Shown piece by piece: positions 25,701 to 40,700 of a stretch of DNA of 64,000 bases. Origin of the DNA: Trichodelitschia bisporula (Eukaryota); NCBI GenBank assembly GCA_010356995.1, contig ML996691.1, positions 1,122,174 through 1,186,173 on the forward strand, given 5' to 3'. The first letter of the stretch is position 1. Each line of letters begins with the position of its first letter. The position numbers were made by a program, and so were the translations under genes. The notes under the pieces are model-generated. The model did not search any database. It had not been told where the DNA came from and saw only the letters and a list, made by a program, of their open reading frames with translations.

Positions 25701-28700
25701 TTCGTCTCCTCAGCAGGCGAATCCTTAACAACCTCCACCGCTTCCGCTCCTGCTACGGTTTCTCTGGTGTCCTGTGAGCGCGTGATTTTCGACTTGATAG
25801 TGGGCTCTTGATCGGTGGGGGTGCGTTCAAGAGTGGGCTCGGCAAGAGCAATGCTTTGCTCCACAATGGGAGGGGCTGGAGGCTCAGCTTGCGCCTGGGC
25901 CGAAGGAAGGTCGCGCACTTCACGCGCTTCCTCTCGCAGGATCTCGGTGGTGACAGTTTCCGTATCAGGGACTGCAAGACTAGTCGTCTTCTTGGCCCCG
26001 GGCCCAGTGGTCTCCATAGTAGGTGTGATAGGCGTTGCCGCACTGGAAGATTCTTCCGCAGGCATGGACTCGGTCTGGAGTTCGGACAGAGGCATCAGCT
26101 TCCCGGTCTTCTTCTTAACCTTCTTTGCTTTCTTCTTTGCAGCCCGCGAAAGGAGAGGATCTTCGTCCGCAGTGACCGGGTCAGGCAGGTCCTTAACTTC
26201 GGGGACGACCTCAGGCGCCGGCGATGCGGGATGCGGCTCCTGTGTGGGCGAAGGGTCGACTGTCCATGTGGTAGTAATAACGCCGGGTGCCTCACGCGTA
26301 CCAGCTGGCTCGACAGACTTGGCAAGTTGGGGTTCAGGATCTGGAGTTGGCGCGTCCGCAACAGCTTCGCGCACCATAGCAGCAACGACGTCGGTTCGAG
26401 ACGGCTCTGTAACCACCTTTTGCGCTTCTTCAACGATAGGCGAGGCACCAGGAAGTGAGTCAAGTGCGATGGTCATCTTATCATCTTGAGCGATGGGCTC
26501 TTCCGCGGAGGCAGGAGTGATTTGTCCAGATGCCTTTTTGCCCTTCTTTTTCTTAGCTTTCTTGCTCTTGAGCGAGAAGAATGACTCCTCGATGGGCTCA
26601 GGCTCAGAGATGGCTTGAGCTGGCGTAGAGGCAGCTACTTCAACAGCAGCTTCCGCAGCGGAAAGAGTAGGTTCGGGCTCTTCAGACACAATTCTTGAGG
26701 AAGTGGCCAGAGCAGATGTGGACGGGAAAGTTTCAACAACATCGCGCGACGATTCAGCCGTGACCTTTGGCACCACTTCCGCAATATAGGGTGGAACAGC
26801 TTGATGCGTGACTTCGGTGAGATTGTCAGGTCCAGCAAGCTTCACGGGCTTCTCTTCTGTCGTCGGAGAGGCGTTCATGGCGGCCGCCGGCTCAGCTGCA
26901 GAGACCTTGTTCTTGCCCTTCTTATTTTTCTTTTTCTTGCCCCACAGCTCTCCTTGCAGCCAATCGTCTTCGGCTGCATCAACTGGAGATACCGCGACAG
27001 TCGGAGTGGCCTCAGGACCGGAGGTGGCTGTGACAACCGGAGTAGCTTCGACGGACGGAGTCCCCTCCACGACCGGGGTGACGTCAACGGCAGACGTGGC
27101 CTCCGCAACCGCGGTGGCTTTTAGGACTGGGGCAGCTTTGGTAGTTGAAGGAACTTCGGCAACCGTCTCAGAAACAGCAACTGGGGTGGATTTGGCCGAC
27201 AGAACAGGCTCGGGAATAGAAGGGGCTGCGGCCATGGACGCTTCCTTATCGCGGATGGTATCGTCACGAGTAGGTACGGCTCCTTTCCCGATGTCGTCGG
27301 AGATAGCAGGCTCAATCATAGAAACTGAGAGGTCTTCAATCGCATCCGCAGCGGCAGCGGCTTTCTGCTGCTGCTTAGCCTTCTTTCTAGCCTTCTTGCT
27401 CATCGGAGGAGTAAAGGACGGCTCCTCGGTAGGCTTGATTTCGGTGACCTTTGATTCCACTGCCTGGTTGACAGCAGGCATTTCGCGGGATTGCTCGTAG
27501 ATAACAGCCTCAGTCGCTTCGGTAACCGACTCCGGGACAGGCGCTTTGGTAGGTGCCAAAGCAACGCCTTCGGTGTGCACTTTGGTGGAGGCATCGGTAG
27601 GGATATCCAGCTGGACTTGCGGCTCAGAAACATTGGCGGCCACAGTAGGAGTCTCATCAGCACCCGGAACTTGGGCCACAACCTCGCGAACGGTCGGCTC
27701 AGGAACCGAGGAAATGTCAGCGTCAATGACTGGCGTATCTTGCTCAACCTTGGCTTCCGGCTCCGGGGTCGTCGTGCCCTCTCCCTTCTGCTTCTGCTTT
27801 CCAGTAAGCTTGCGAGAAAGCATGGAGAAGAACCCTTCTTCGGCGACAGGTTCCGACATAGTAGTAGGAATATCCGCAGGTCCTTCAGTCAGCGCGGCCA
27901 CAACATTTTCGAAGGTTTCAACCACGGGGATATCAGCATCAGCAGTGTCGGCGACAGGCTCCGCAACGGTCTCTGCAGCAGGTTGTACATCCAGCGTAAG
28001 AGCGTCCTTCGAGCGTTGAGTATCAGCACTCGACTGCACAGCGGAGTTCGTCTCGTGTAAGGGTTGAGCGGCCTCAGAAAAGTCGGTTGTGATCACAGCC
28101 TCAGACTCTTTGACGTGTTCATCAGTCTGGATCGGTTCAACAAGAGTTACTCCGTGCGCCGCTTCAAGAGCCGTCCCGACCGAAAAGGGCTCGGTCATCT
28201 CGGTGGCCTCGAACACTGGGTATCCCATGTCGGACTCCATCGTGTTCAGCGAAGTAGAGGGGGGAACGATAATTGTGGGGTAGACTGGAGGAGGGGCACG
28301 CATCGAAGTAGGCTCGGAAGTTTTGGTCTCCCGATGGCCAAACGAGACCGAAGCCTCCGAGGGCTCGGGGGACGGAAATCTCAGGTCGGCAGTTGCGACG
28401 ATCTCAGGGACAACAATGATCGTCGCGCCGTCGGGACCAATCTGCGCGATGGTTTCGGGAGTAATCTGCGCGATGGCATCAATCTTCTGCTGGTCAGAGG
28501 CAATCAGTTGCCCAAACGAGCCCGAAGTTTCCGAGGGTTCAGGGGACGGGAAGCGCAGGTCGGCAGTGGCAGTGATTTCGGGGACAACGATGATCGTCGC
28601 GCCGTCGGGACCAATGCGTACGATGTCCTCGGGCGTGATCTCGGGCACATGTTGCTTGATCTCTGGCTGCTCGAGCTCTGGCGTCGGCTGCACATCGTCC

Positions 28701-31700
28701 ATCTCAGACGAACGCAGCGGTCGAGTAAGTGTGAGGCCCATGGTGGATGGAGAAGCAGGTGTTTCGGAAAGGGGAATAAGAGTCTCTTGAACGGACAAGG
28801 GGGTTTGGGGTTCAAAAGCAGAAGGCTGGTAGGTAGAGGTCTGAGGAACAAAATCAGGAGCTTCGTGAACAGAACGAGGTTCGTTAACAGAAGTGGAGAT
28901 TTCGGGTGCGAAGGTTGGTTGTTGTAGTAGAGGTTTGGTTGAAGATTCGGCGGTTTGCTCTGGCTCAGGAACAAGGTCGGAGAAAGTGGCATCGGCTATT
29001 TGTTTTCCCTTCTTCTTCTTCTTCTTGATCACTTTCTTCTTGGCAGATGTGGTCGATGCTTCAGTCTCGTCTGGTGTTGTCTGAACTCCCTCAACGGTGG
29101 GCTTTGTCTCTTCGGCTACCGGTGGTGTCTCTTCGGCTACTGGCGTTGCCTCTCCCGCCCTGGGTATCATCTCATCTGGGACGGGACGAACGCCCTTGGC
29201 CGTGATTGGAGCCACCTTGACAGACGGTTCAATGGTCGACCCCAGCACTTCAGTGATCGCAACATCTTCGGAAGGCACTGGAACTTCGGCCACTTCGCTC
29301 ACATGAGCACGCTCGGGCCCAGAAACGGACACTTCTTTGACTTCGGCGATATCATCCGTCGGTTGAGGCACGGGTTCTGTTTCCTCAGCAACAGGCTCAA
29401 ATGTGGCTGGTGCTCGGGTAGACTCATCAATAGCCGGCTGCTCGATAGGCAACTGCGGGAGGTCCCTGGTCTCTTGAACCTCAGCTTCAGTCGCCCTGGA
29501 TTCTTTCTGCCGAGTCACATCCTCCGCCTGGTCAGCCTTCTTACTCTTCCCCTTCTTCGTCTTTTTCTTGGGAAGGGTGGGAGTTTCTTGTGTATCTTCG
29601 GCGGTCTGGACAGGTTCGACCGTTGGCTCGATGACATCAGCTTGCTCGCTGGGTCGGTCAACCACAGAAGGACGCTCGTCTTTGACTTCGGGGACGGGTT
29701 CGGGCACTCCCTTTGCGATAGTAGGCTCCAATACCCCAGGGGTGTGGGCAGCTTCGATAACGGTTTCGGCAATGGATGATTCCGGAGCATGTTGTGTTTC
29801 CTCGGCGACTTCGAGAACAACTCCCGGTGCAATCCACTCGACTTCGGGTTCCACAGGAGCCGCCTTCTCGAATTCAGGCTCCGCAGGCGCAGGCGTTTGG
29901 AAGGGTTGAGCGTCATCAGTCGTCTCTGTCGCAGCTTTCTTCGCTTTCTTAGCTAACTTCCGCAGTTCCTTTGCACTCAGAGCCGGTGCTACTGGCTCCA
30001 CCTCCGGAATAGCCTCTGGGGATGCTTCAACAGGAAGCTCGTCCTTGACTTCGAGCACCATTTCGGGTACAACTTCGGGCACATCCTTTACGATAGGAGG
30101 CTCCAAGACCGCAGGGGCGGGAGCGGCTTCCACAACGGTTTCGGTCACAGACTGTGCGGGGCCAGGTTGCGATTCCTCAGTAACTTCGGGTACAATCTGT
30201 TCGACTTCAGGCTCCAGAGGAACAGACGTCTCGGATTCAAGCTCCAAAGGCACAGGTGCTTGAGCGGGTTGAGCGCGATCAGTCGTCTCTACCGCAGCTT
30301 GAGAAGTCTTCTTCGCCTTTTTAGCCAGCTTCCGCAACTCCTTTGCGCTCAGGGCGGGTGCGGCTGTTTCTACTTCCGGAACAGCCTCAGGAGATATCTC
30401 ATCGTTGCGGGGTTGCTCGAGGGGCGCTTCGGCAGCCGGTACGGGTTCCACTGCTTGGATTATTGACGAGGCTTCCTCGGCTTGCCGAGGTTCAGTGAGA
30501 ACTTCAGTTTCCAGAAGAGCAGGCTTCTCAGATTCGGGTTCCGCAGGCGCAGGCGTTTGGAAGGGTTGAGCGTCATCAGCCGGTTCCGCTGCAGCTTGAG
30601 CAGCCTTCTTCGCCTTCTTTGCCAGTTTCCGCAATTCCTTTGCACTCAGAGCCGGTGCAACTGGTTCCACTTCCGGAAGAGCCTCGGGAGATATCTCATT
30701 GTTGCGGGGTTGCTCGAGAGGCGCTTCGACAGCCGGTACCGGTTCCACTACTTGGACTGTTGACGGGGCTTCCTCGGCTTTCTGAGGTTCATCGACTTCT
30801 GGCTCCCGTTCAGGCTTCTGGTCAGCGAGGTCGGGGGCAGCTACGGGTACGACAAACTCTTCCTTGGCCAGCGGCTCGGCCTCAACGGCTACGGCAGGCG
30901 GAGGTTGCTGGAGTGGCTCCTCAGACCCAGGTTGCGAAAGAACAACTTCCGCGAGCTGCGAAGGCTCCTCGATCTTGCCGACGGACTCTGCGGTCTCAGT
31001 TGTCTGGATTACTGCTTCAGGTTCAGAAGCGAAGTCCTTTCGGGTGACGGCCTCTTTTGGCAGGTCCAGTTCCGCGGGCGGAGCATCAGCTTCAGCGACT
31101 TCTTCCGAGATGGAACTCTGTCCAGCCTTCGCCTTCTTGTTCTTTTTGGCCTTCTTTTTTACAGCACGGCAGAGGGGCTCTTCTTCGACAGGAGTTTGGA
31201 GCTCGACAACAGGCTCAACGACAGGCTCAACGGCAGGCTCAACGACAGCAGGCTCGACGACAGGCTCGACGACAGCAGGCTCGACCACGCACTCAATCAC
31301 AGGCTCGCGCACAGGCTCGACGGCAGCAGGCTCGTCGACAGTAGACTTGACAACAGAGGGCTCGACAGCAGCGGGTTGGAGAACAGAGGGCTCGACAGCA
31401 GCGGGCTCGACGGCAGTGCGCTCGGCAACAACAGGCTCGGGTTCAACAACGGCTTCAGTCGCTGGCTTCTGCGCTTCAACAACTGGAGCCAGACTGAGTG
31501 TTGCTTCCGCTACTTCAGGCTTGCCAAGAGCTTCCGTCGTGACTTCAGGCTTGACAAACTCCAAAGGTTGCTGCTCTTCAACGGCCTCGGCTGGTTGCAG
31601 GATTTCCTTAGACTGCGACACTGGCTGAACTTCTTTGACATCCAGAGTCGGCTCCTCGAGTTTCATCGGAAGTGGTACGACATCTGCAGGCTTCACAAGT

Positions 31701-34700
31701 GCCGGCTCGATTACCACTGGCTGAACAACCTGCTCAGTGACCACCGGTGGCCCAGCCTTCGCCTTCTTAGCAGCTTGGTTGAGTTGGCGGATGCGCTCCT
31801 TCACGCTGAGCTGCCGTACGACCTTCTCAATGGCCGGTTCTTGCACCTTGACGGGAGGTTCGTCTTTGAAAGCAGCAGGGGTCGGGACGGCCGCTTTCGC
31901 GTCAGGAACAGCTCGTGAGGACTCTGCGACGACAGGGGCCGGCTCTTCGATAGCAGCCGGAAGAGTTAGTTCCCGGTCCGTCTTTTCGGGTTCTGGAATC
32001 AGCTCCGGGGTAGCCGCACCCTTTTTGGCCTTGTTCTTGCGCTGCTTCTTGGAGAGAGTCTCGGCTTCCTCTGCTATGGCCAGTGCTTCGACGGCCGGGG
32101 TGTCCACAACGGGAGCTTTGACAACCGGCTCGTCTAGAGTTGGAATTTCTGAGACGGGAACTTCAGCCGCTGGGGTTTCAGCAGCCGGCGCTTCTACAGA
32201 AGGAGCTTCAACGATCGTTGGCTCGACAACCGGTAGCTCATCTACAGGAGCCGGCTCTTCAATAGCAGCCAGAATGATCGGTTGCAGATCTGTCTTTTCG
32301 GGTTCCAGAACCGGCTCCGGAGTGGCCGTGCCCTTTTTGGCCTTCTTCTTGCGCTGCTTCTTAGAAAGGGTCTCCGTGCCTTTTAGAATGGCGGAGCTTT
32401 CCACGACTGGGGTGTCCACAACCGGACCTTCGACGGCCGGCGCGTCCACCGCAGGGGCTTCCACAATCTTTGACTCGACAGCCGGCGTCTCCTCGACAGG
32501 GACCTCAGGAACCGGCTCTGGGACTGAATCGAATGGACCTTTAGCGACTTCCGGAAGGTCTTCCAGTTCCTTGGTCCTATCAACAGGGGCCGTCGGTGCA
32601 TCAGCCTGTGGTTCAACCGTCTCTGTGGTGGGCTGCGCAACTTCTACAGCGGGCTTAGCAACTTCAGCCGTAGTCTCTTTGACTTCCGCGGTGGTCTCAG
32701 GGACATTGGCAAAAATCTCCTTAACCTCGGGAACAGCAGCAACCTCCTCAACCGGCAAAGCCTTCGAAAGCGGGTCCTCGGTCTCAACCGCTGGGGTGGA
32801 TGCGATAATAGCCGATGTAGAGCTCTTCTTCTTCTTCTTTTTGCTCTTCTTACCCTTCTCCACTACAGATTCGGGGGCTTCTGGCACCGGTGCAGGTTCC
32901 AAGACGGGCTCGGATGCTTCGGCAGTGGGTTCGGGTACTTCTACGGCAGGTTCCACGACTTCGACTGGCTTGATGACTTCGAGTGGCTGGACGACTTCAT
33001 CTGGCTCAACAACTTCAACAGGCTCGATGGTCTTCGACTCCGTCGGCAGAATTGGCTCTTCAATCGCAGCCCCTTTGGCTTCCGCAACAGTCTCAGGAAC
33101 ATCAGGCATGACCTCCTTGACCTCTGGAACCGCGGCAACCTCTTCAACTGGCAAACTCTTCGAAAGTGGATCCTCAGCCTCAACAGCAGGGGTGGACGCA
33201 ATACTAGCCGACGTAGAGCCCTTCTTCTTCTTTTTGCTCTTCTTCCCTTTCTCCGCTGCAGATTCGGGGGCCTCCGGCTTCGGTGTAGGTTCCGCGGCAG
33301 GCTCGGATGCTTCTGCGGCGGGTTCCAGTGCTTCCGAGACGGGCTCAGGTGCTTCGGCGATGTGCTCGAGTGCTTCGGTGACGGGTTCAGGTACTTCGGC
33401 GATGGGTTCGAGCGCTTTTGCGACGGGTTCGAGCGCTTCAGCAACGGGCTCGGGTACTTCCACCGCCGGTTCCACAACTTCGACTGGCTTGACGTCCTCG
33501 AGCGGCTGAGCAACTTCAACCGGCTCAACAACCTCAGGATCGGCAGGAAGGACAGGCGCATCGATGACCTCCCCAGCAACTTCAGGAGCCTCCTTAACAT
33601 CCAGGACAGCCATAGGAATCTCGGAAGGAACCTCGGGAAGAACCTCTTCAACGTGCGGCAGCGCAGCAACGACCTCCTCAACCGGAAGCTCCTTGGACAG
33701 CGGACCCTCGGATTGAATAGCCGGCGTAGAAGGACCGCTGACAGAAGAGCCCTTCTTCTTCTTCTTCTTGCTCTTCTTCCTCTCCACAGCTGTTTCGGTC
33801 GTTTCTGGTGCAGGAGTGGAAGCTTCAACAGTCGGCTTAGGAGTGGCAGCTTCAATAGTCGGCTTAGGAGCGGCAGCTTCGATAGCCGACTCGGGCGTCT
33901 GAGTAGAGAGCTCGATGACCTCGGTCGGCTCTATGACTTCCGGTTCATTAGTCGGGAGAAATTCCTCCTTGGCGGCTTCTTTGACGTCTGGAATAGTGGA
34001 AAAGACTTCAGGAGTAGCCCGTGTTGGTCTGGACGTGGTTGCCTTGATCTCGGAGGCAGGCTCTACCACTTTCCGAGTAGCTTTGAGCTCAGGGGCGGTT
34101 TCTAATGCTTCGAGGGTTGTCTCTTTGACCTCTGGGACAGTCTCGTCGGCCTCTGGTACACCCTTGAGCTCCGCCTCCAGAGCTTCGGAGGTGATTTCCT
34201 TGATCTCTGGGACTGCCTCTACGCCAGAAGCAGGTCCCTCAGCAGGCAAGTCCTTCGAGAGCGGATCTTCTGACTCGACAGCCGGCGTAGAAGGAGTGCT
34301 GACCGAGGCGGCCTTCTTCTTCTTTTTCTTGGCCTTCTTCTTCTCCGCTGTCGTTTCGGTCTTCACTGAAGACATAACGGCTTTAGCCGCTTCGGGCACG
34401 TCGGTAGTGGCCTCGACGACATCAATTGGCTGGGCGACATGCTGTGTGGTGGTTGGGACGGGTGCCTCATATGCGATCTCCTTGACATCGGCTGGCAGGG
34501 TGACTTCCCGTGCGGCGGTTGGGCCGGGTTCCTCGTCTGCGATCGGCTTGACACCAGGGCGAGAAAGTGGTTCATTGACGACTTCAGCGGGCTCGGGCAC
34601 AGTCTCAACGACCTCGCGAGCAGGTTCTAGGACCTCAGAAACCGCCTCTTTGGCCTCCGGAATGGTCGCTACAGCCTCAGGCCCATGCTTGTTCTCCAAG

Positions 34701-37700
34701 ACGCTCTCAGGAGCTTCAGAGGCGACTTCTTTGACTTCGGGAAGAGGCTTCAGGGTCGGAACACTCTCGTCGATAGGAAGCTCCTTGGAAAGCAGATCCT
34801 CGGCCTCAACTGCTGGTGTGGACGGAATACTGACTGAAGTGGCACCCTTCTTCTTCTTGCCTTTCTTCTTCTTCGAGGGTTCGGCCTCCACGGTGATGGG
34901 CTCGGACTCGACAGCAGTTTCGGTCGTTGCAGGAAGTTCAGGCTCAACGGACTCAGGAATGGTCTTTGCAACCTCGACAGGCTTCACAACCTCAACAGGC
35001 TTCACCACCTCGGAAAGAGGTTCCACAACCTCTGGCTCACCCTGAGCCTCCGCGACGATCTCAGGAGCTTCAGAGGTGACTTCTTTGACTTCGGGAAGAG
35101 GCTTCAGGGTCGGAACACTCTCGTCGACAGGCAGCTCCTTGGAGAGCAGATCCCCGGCCTCAACTGCTGGTGTGGACGGAATACTGATTGAAGCGGCACC
35201 CTTCTTCTTCTTCTTCTTGTTCTTCTCCTTCGAGTGTTCGGCGTCCACGGTGATGGGCTCGGACTCGATAGTCGTTTCGGTCATCGTAGGAAGTTCAGGC
35301 TCGACGGACTCAGACATAGTCTTTGCAACCTCGACAGGCTCCACAACCTGAACGGGTTCCAGAACCTCACCGGGATCCACAACCTCAGAAAAAGCCTCCT
35401 TGATCTCCGGGGTGATCTCCGGGGTGATCTCCGCAACCTCTGGCTCATCCGTAGCCTCCGCAACGGTCTCAGGAGCTTCGGCGGCAACTTCTTTGACTTC
35501 CGGAAGAACCTCCACGATCGGAACACTCTCGCCAACAGGCAACGCCTTGGAAAGCGGATCTTCGGACTCGATTGCAGGCGTGGACAGAACAACTGCGGGC
35601 GTGGACGAAATACTGGCTGAAGCTGAGCCCTTCTTCTTCCTCTTGCTCTTTTTCTTCTTCGAGGGTTCGGCCTCCGCGACGATGGGTTCGGGCTCGATAG
35701 TAACAGTTTCGGCCGGTTCAGAGAGTTCAGGCTCGACGAGCGTCGGCTCGGCAGCCGCGGACTCGACAACCGCCGGCTCGGTGGCTACTGGTTCGACTGA
35801 CGAGGACGGAAGGATCGGCTGAGTGACAGCTGGCTTATCTGAGACGATAGATTCCGAAACGATAGCTTCTTCCGCAGCGGTCGTGATGGCTTCTGGGGTT
35901 ACGGTCTCCAGGACATCAGCCTCAGATGCAATATCTCGTCCCGGGGTTGTTTCGGCAGTAATCGGCTCAGGAACCGCTTCGACTGGTATATCCTTGAGAA
36001 GCACCTCCGGCAAAGGCTCGAGGACATTGAACGCCTCCCGCTCCGAGGAAACCAACTCCGAAACTGCTGCCGCAGCAGTTGCAGGCTCAGTAAGTGAAAT
36101 AGGTGCTTCTTGGATATCTTGGCTCCCGGGTTCGCGCTCAGCTTTGTCAACCGTGATCTCCTCTTTCACAGCCTCTGGCGCAGCCTCCGCCTCCGGTTCG
36201 ACAGCTTCGGTGCTCTTGCCCTTCTTTTTCTTAGGCTTCTTCTTTTTACCCTTGGGCACCGAAGCCTCTTCGACCGCCGCCGCTGTCTCCTCCGTGATCG
36301 GTGAAACCTCGACAGCGGGAGTGGGTTCGACTTTGACCTGCTGTGGGGCTTCGATGATCACTTCAGGTGCCTCGACAGTCCGCTCCTTCGAATCTCCAGG
36401 CGAGGATTGGATCTCTACCCGTGCCGGCTCCGGTTGAACAGGTCCCAGGACAGTCATCTCCGACTCGACCAGCTTCTCCTCTGGCATAGGCCCCTGCACT
36501 GCTGGCTCGGCGATGGGGTGGACCATTTCAACGGCATCAACTGCATGGGTGCCCTGCGGTTGCACTTCCGCCCCGACCGTCGCAAGAGGGGTCTCCACGA
36601 CATCGCTCTTCCTCAATGAAAAGTCCTCCGCTTGAACCGCATCCGCCTTAACAGGTCCTTGGACCGGCGAGTTGACCGCCGTGACAGGTTCCTGCGCAAT
36701 TGCGCGCTCAGTCACCTCCGCAGCCGGCACCGCTTGAGGTTCAACAGCAGGTACTGACTTTTCCTCAACAGCCTCAGGCACCTCAGATGACGCATCCTCC
36801 GTAGCAGCAGCAGCAGACGCAGCCTCCTCTTCCAGCTGCTTAGCCCGCTTTTTCTTCTTGCTCTTCTTCGACTTTGCGGACGCCGGGACAGGTACCTCGA
36901 CCGTCTCAGCCGGCTTCACCTCAGCCGGCAATCCATCACCAAGAACCGCACCAGTGCGGCCCTTGTCCTGCGCACGCACACCCATCTCGTCTCGCACTTC
37001 ACGCTGCCCAGCAGCCGTCTCGTCACTCCCAGAAACGTTGCGTTTATCATCTGACGTTAGACGTGGCTCAAGAGACACGGGAGGGGATATCAAATCCGTA
37101 GGGACATCAGACAAGATGCTTCCGGCGGGAGCATCAACCTGACCAGAAATTTCCCTCGCGGCTCCAGGTGCAAGTCCCGTACCCACAAGATCAGCAAGCC
37201 CCACACCAACCCCAGCCCCCAAGCCAAGTCGTTGGTCGAGTCTAGCGCGCTCCACACCAGCGCTCGGACCAGCCGTCTCCGCGTGCGGGATCGGCTCATC
37301 CTCGGCGCTACCGGGAGTGGCGCTATCAGCCGCGCGTGTCAGGGTGTCATTGGCCGGGTGTATGGAGCCGCTTTCTGACCGCTCTGTGCCTGGTTCGGGC
37401 AATGCACGTGTGGACGCGCTGTCCGTCGGCGCCTGCTGCAAAGTGTCTTGCTCTTGCGGCTGCTGCAGTGCAGTGCGCTCGGTCTCGTCGTCGGCGGGCA
37501 GTGCAATGGAGGCTGGTTCTGGTGAGGTGGGGGTTGGTACTTGCGCGGTCGGTGCTTCTGCGATTGGTGCATCCGCACTGGCTGGCGGCGGTTCCTTAAG
37601 CTTCTGTTTAAATGCAAGCGCAGCGCGCTCGCGGGCCAGTGCCAGCACGCCCACGTTGGCGAACGACATTTTGCGTGGGTCGATGGTTGGCATGGACGGC

Positions 37701-40700
37701 TTGTCGGACGGCTTTTCCGTTGGTGCGGGTGGCTTTTCTTCAGCCTTGGGAGCTTCCTTCTTGTTCAAGATGCGCCCGAAAGCAGACCAGATGGACGTGC
37801 CTGCTGCGGCGGCCTGAGAGGGCGTCTCGGACGGTGGAGGGCGTGGGGGTGATGATTCGAATGGCAAGCTGTCAGGGTCGGGGAATTCCTCGATTTCGCC
37901 CAGGGAAGCTGGGAGGTCGCGGGATGACGTTGGTTGGCTTTCTTCTACCCGTTCCATCTGCTTGGAAGTGAGCTCCGCCGCTTTGGCAAGAGGCTGAGGC
38001 GCTGGCTTCTCCTTTTCAACACGCAGCAGTTGCTCCAGCGCCGCCTCGGGCGTGACAACACCCGTCATGTGAAGATCCGGATCGATTCCGCTGTCAAACA
38101 TAGGGACCGATTCTGAAGGTGCGCGCAGCAGGGGCGCCTTGTCTGGGACTGGTAGGGCCTTGGAAGCTTCCTCTTGGATCGGCTCCAGGGGTGTAGCATG
38201 GAACACCGCCGTCGTCTCCGGTGCGAGAGGAATCTCGCGCTTGTCCGTGACCACTTCGAGCACATCCGTCGGAATATCCTTCGGCACCACTGGCATCGAC
38301 TCGGCGAGCTCAGGAAGGCGTTTGTTGGCGATAGGGCCAGTCTGGATCGACAACGGCTCCACGCCCTTCTTCTTCTTCTTGCCCTTGCCTTTGCTCGTCG
38401 GGGTCACCTGTCCAACCTCCCCGCTCTCAACCCACGACTCGACTGTTGCCCGCGAATCCTGGCCAGTGATGTGCTCAAGCTCGGCGGAGGTGAGTTCTTT
38501 AATCTCAGAGGACGGCTCGGGGACAGGTTCAGCGGGTGTCTTGCCCTTGTTCTTCTTCTTCTTTTTCTTGGACTTGGAAGAAGCCTGAGAGGGAGCGATG
38601 GACACTTCTTTGGACGATGCTTCGGCGTCATCAGTCGGAAACTGCCGTGTTTCGTCCTTGGAGGCTTCGGATGATAGGAGTTCACGAGCCGCAAGCCCAG
38701 CAGCGGCACCGAGGGCGGTAGCCGCGACGACGCCAGTACCAGAGTGCTCACCACGGACGCCAACTTCCTGTCCGGGCGTTTCGTCCAGATCTCGCGCAGC
38801 TTCACCCGCCTTCCTTGTCGGCGTAGCATGTTGCACGGCAGGCTCGCGACCCCGCGTGGGCGAAACGCGCACCTCAGCCTCAGCGGCAGACTCCTCAGCA
38901 TCCGACTGCCTCCAATGCTCAGGATACGGGTCCTCATCCCCGTCCTCAGATACACTCCGATCCGACGTCCCAAGCGGATGATTCGAAAACGTGTCCGCCG
39001 TCGGAGTCGCCTGCTGCGAGTCGAGATATTCGCTCGAGCGCTGGCTGCGCGTATCGATCTGCAAACCGAGGCCCTCGAACGGATCTTGGAAGTTCATCGG
39101 CGATTCAAGCGACGAACGCGTCGATCGCGCGTCTTCGTCGACTTCCTGCACTGATGGCGCACGGGAAGTAGCTGTGCTCTCGGGCAGAGCGGGGAGCACG
39201 GGGAGGATAGAGTCGATCTCGGGCGTGCGGCGGTTGCGCTCGGGCAGGTACAAGGGCCGCAGTTCTTGTGTGTTGACCCTGTATTCAAGCGAGGGCGTCT
39301 TGGAGTGCCGCCGCGAGTGTGTCCATGGTGAAGTTGGCGAATCGGCTGCCGGGGATGCACCGGCGGGAGAGCTGTTGCGGCCCCAGCGGAGGGCGATGGG
39401 AATGGCTGTTGTCGATGCGGCGCGGAGCTTTTCCAATGTTGGCCGCGGAGGAGTCTTGGGCTCCTGGTATGGCGAGCCGGGCCTGCTTCTGGGGAGGGCG
39501 GGAAGATCCTCGAGAGAGTTGACATCGATGGGAGATGCTGGTCGTGATGGTGGCAGCTGAGGTAGGCTTGCAAGATCCAGATAATCCAATGCCGGGAGAG
39601 AGCGTGCCACTGGGTGAGGCGCAAGGTCTTTGTAGGATGTGCTTGGTCTGCTCTCAGGCGAGTCAAGCAGATCATGTACACTGAAGAACTCGGGCAGCTT
39701 TCGTTGGATGACGGGAGTTTCGGGTAAGTCCCTTGCTTCAACATGAATGGGGGAAGGAGGCCTGCTGTCTGGAAGGCCGGGGAGATGAAGAACTGAGCCC
39801 ACGTCAATAGGGGATGATGGGCGAGTAGGCGGAAGGGAAGGGAGGTCCACGAGAGAACCCACGGTGATAGGAGACGAAGGCCGAGTGAGAGGAAGAGTGG
39901 GGAGGTCTCGAAGGCTGCCAACAAGAATTGGAGATGACGGGCGAGTGGTAGGTAAAGATGGAAGGTCTCGCATGCTGCCAACCAGGATAGGAGATGAAGG
40001 ACGAGTAGTCGGCAAAGAAGGGAGGTCCCGTAGGCTCCCAACCAAAATAGGAGAGGATGGCCGAGTGCTCGGAAGGGAGGGAAGGTCGTTCACACTTCCC
40101 ACAAGTATTGGCGAAGATGGCCGCGTGGTCGGCAACGAGGGGAGATCTTTCAGACTTCCTACCAATATCGGCGAGGAAGGCCGGGTAGTCGGCAAAGAGG
40201 GAAGATCTTTCAGACTTCCTACCAATATCGGGGAGGAAGGTCGAGTCGTCGGTAGGGATGGAAGATCCACCAGGCTTCCAACGAGAATCGGAGACGAGGG
40301 CCGCGTCGCCGGCAACGAGGGAAGATCACGCACGCTCCCGATCAAGATCGGCGAAGACGGCCGCGTCCCCGGCAGCGAGGGTAAGTCCATAACGCTGCCG
40401 ACCAGCAAGGGCGACGAGGGCCGCGATCCAGGGAGCGAGGGGAGATCAAGGACACTCCCGACTAGCAGAGGAGAGGTCGGCCGCGACTCCGGCAAGTCCG
40501 GCAAGTCGACGGTGCGACCAACGGCAATGGGCGAGGAAGGACGGGTACTCGGAAGAGAAGGCAAATCGACAGCGCGGCCCACAGCGACAGGGCTCGAAGG
40601 CCGCGAGCCGGGCAAGGACGGCAAATCCACCGCGCGACCAACATCAACAGGCGACGAAGGCCTCGTCGACGGCAAAGAAGGGAGATCGACACTCCTGCCG

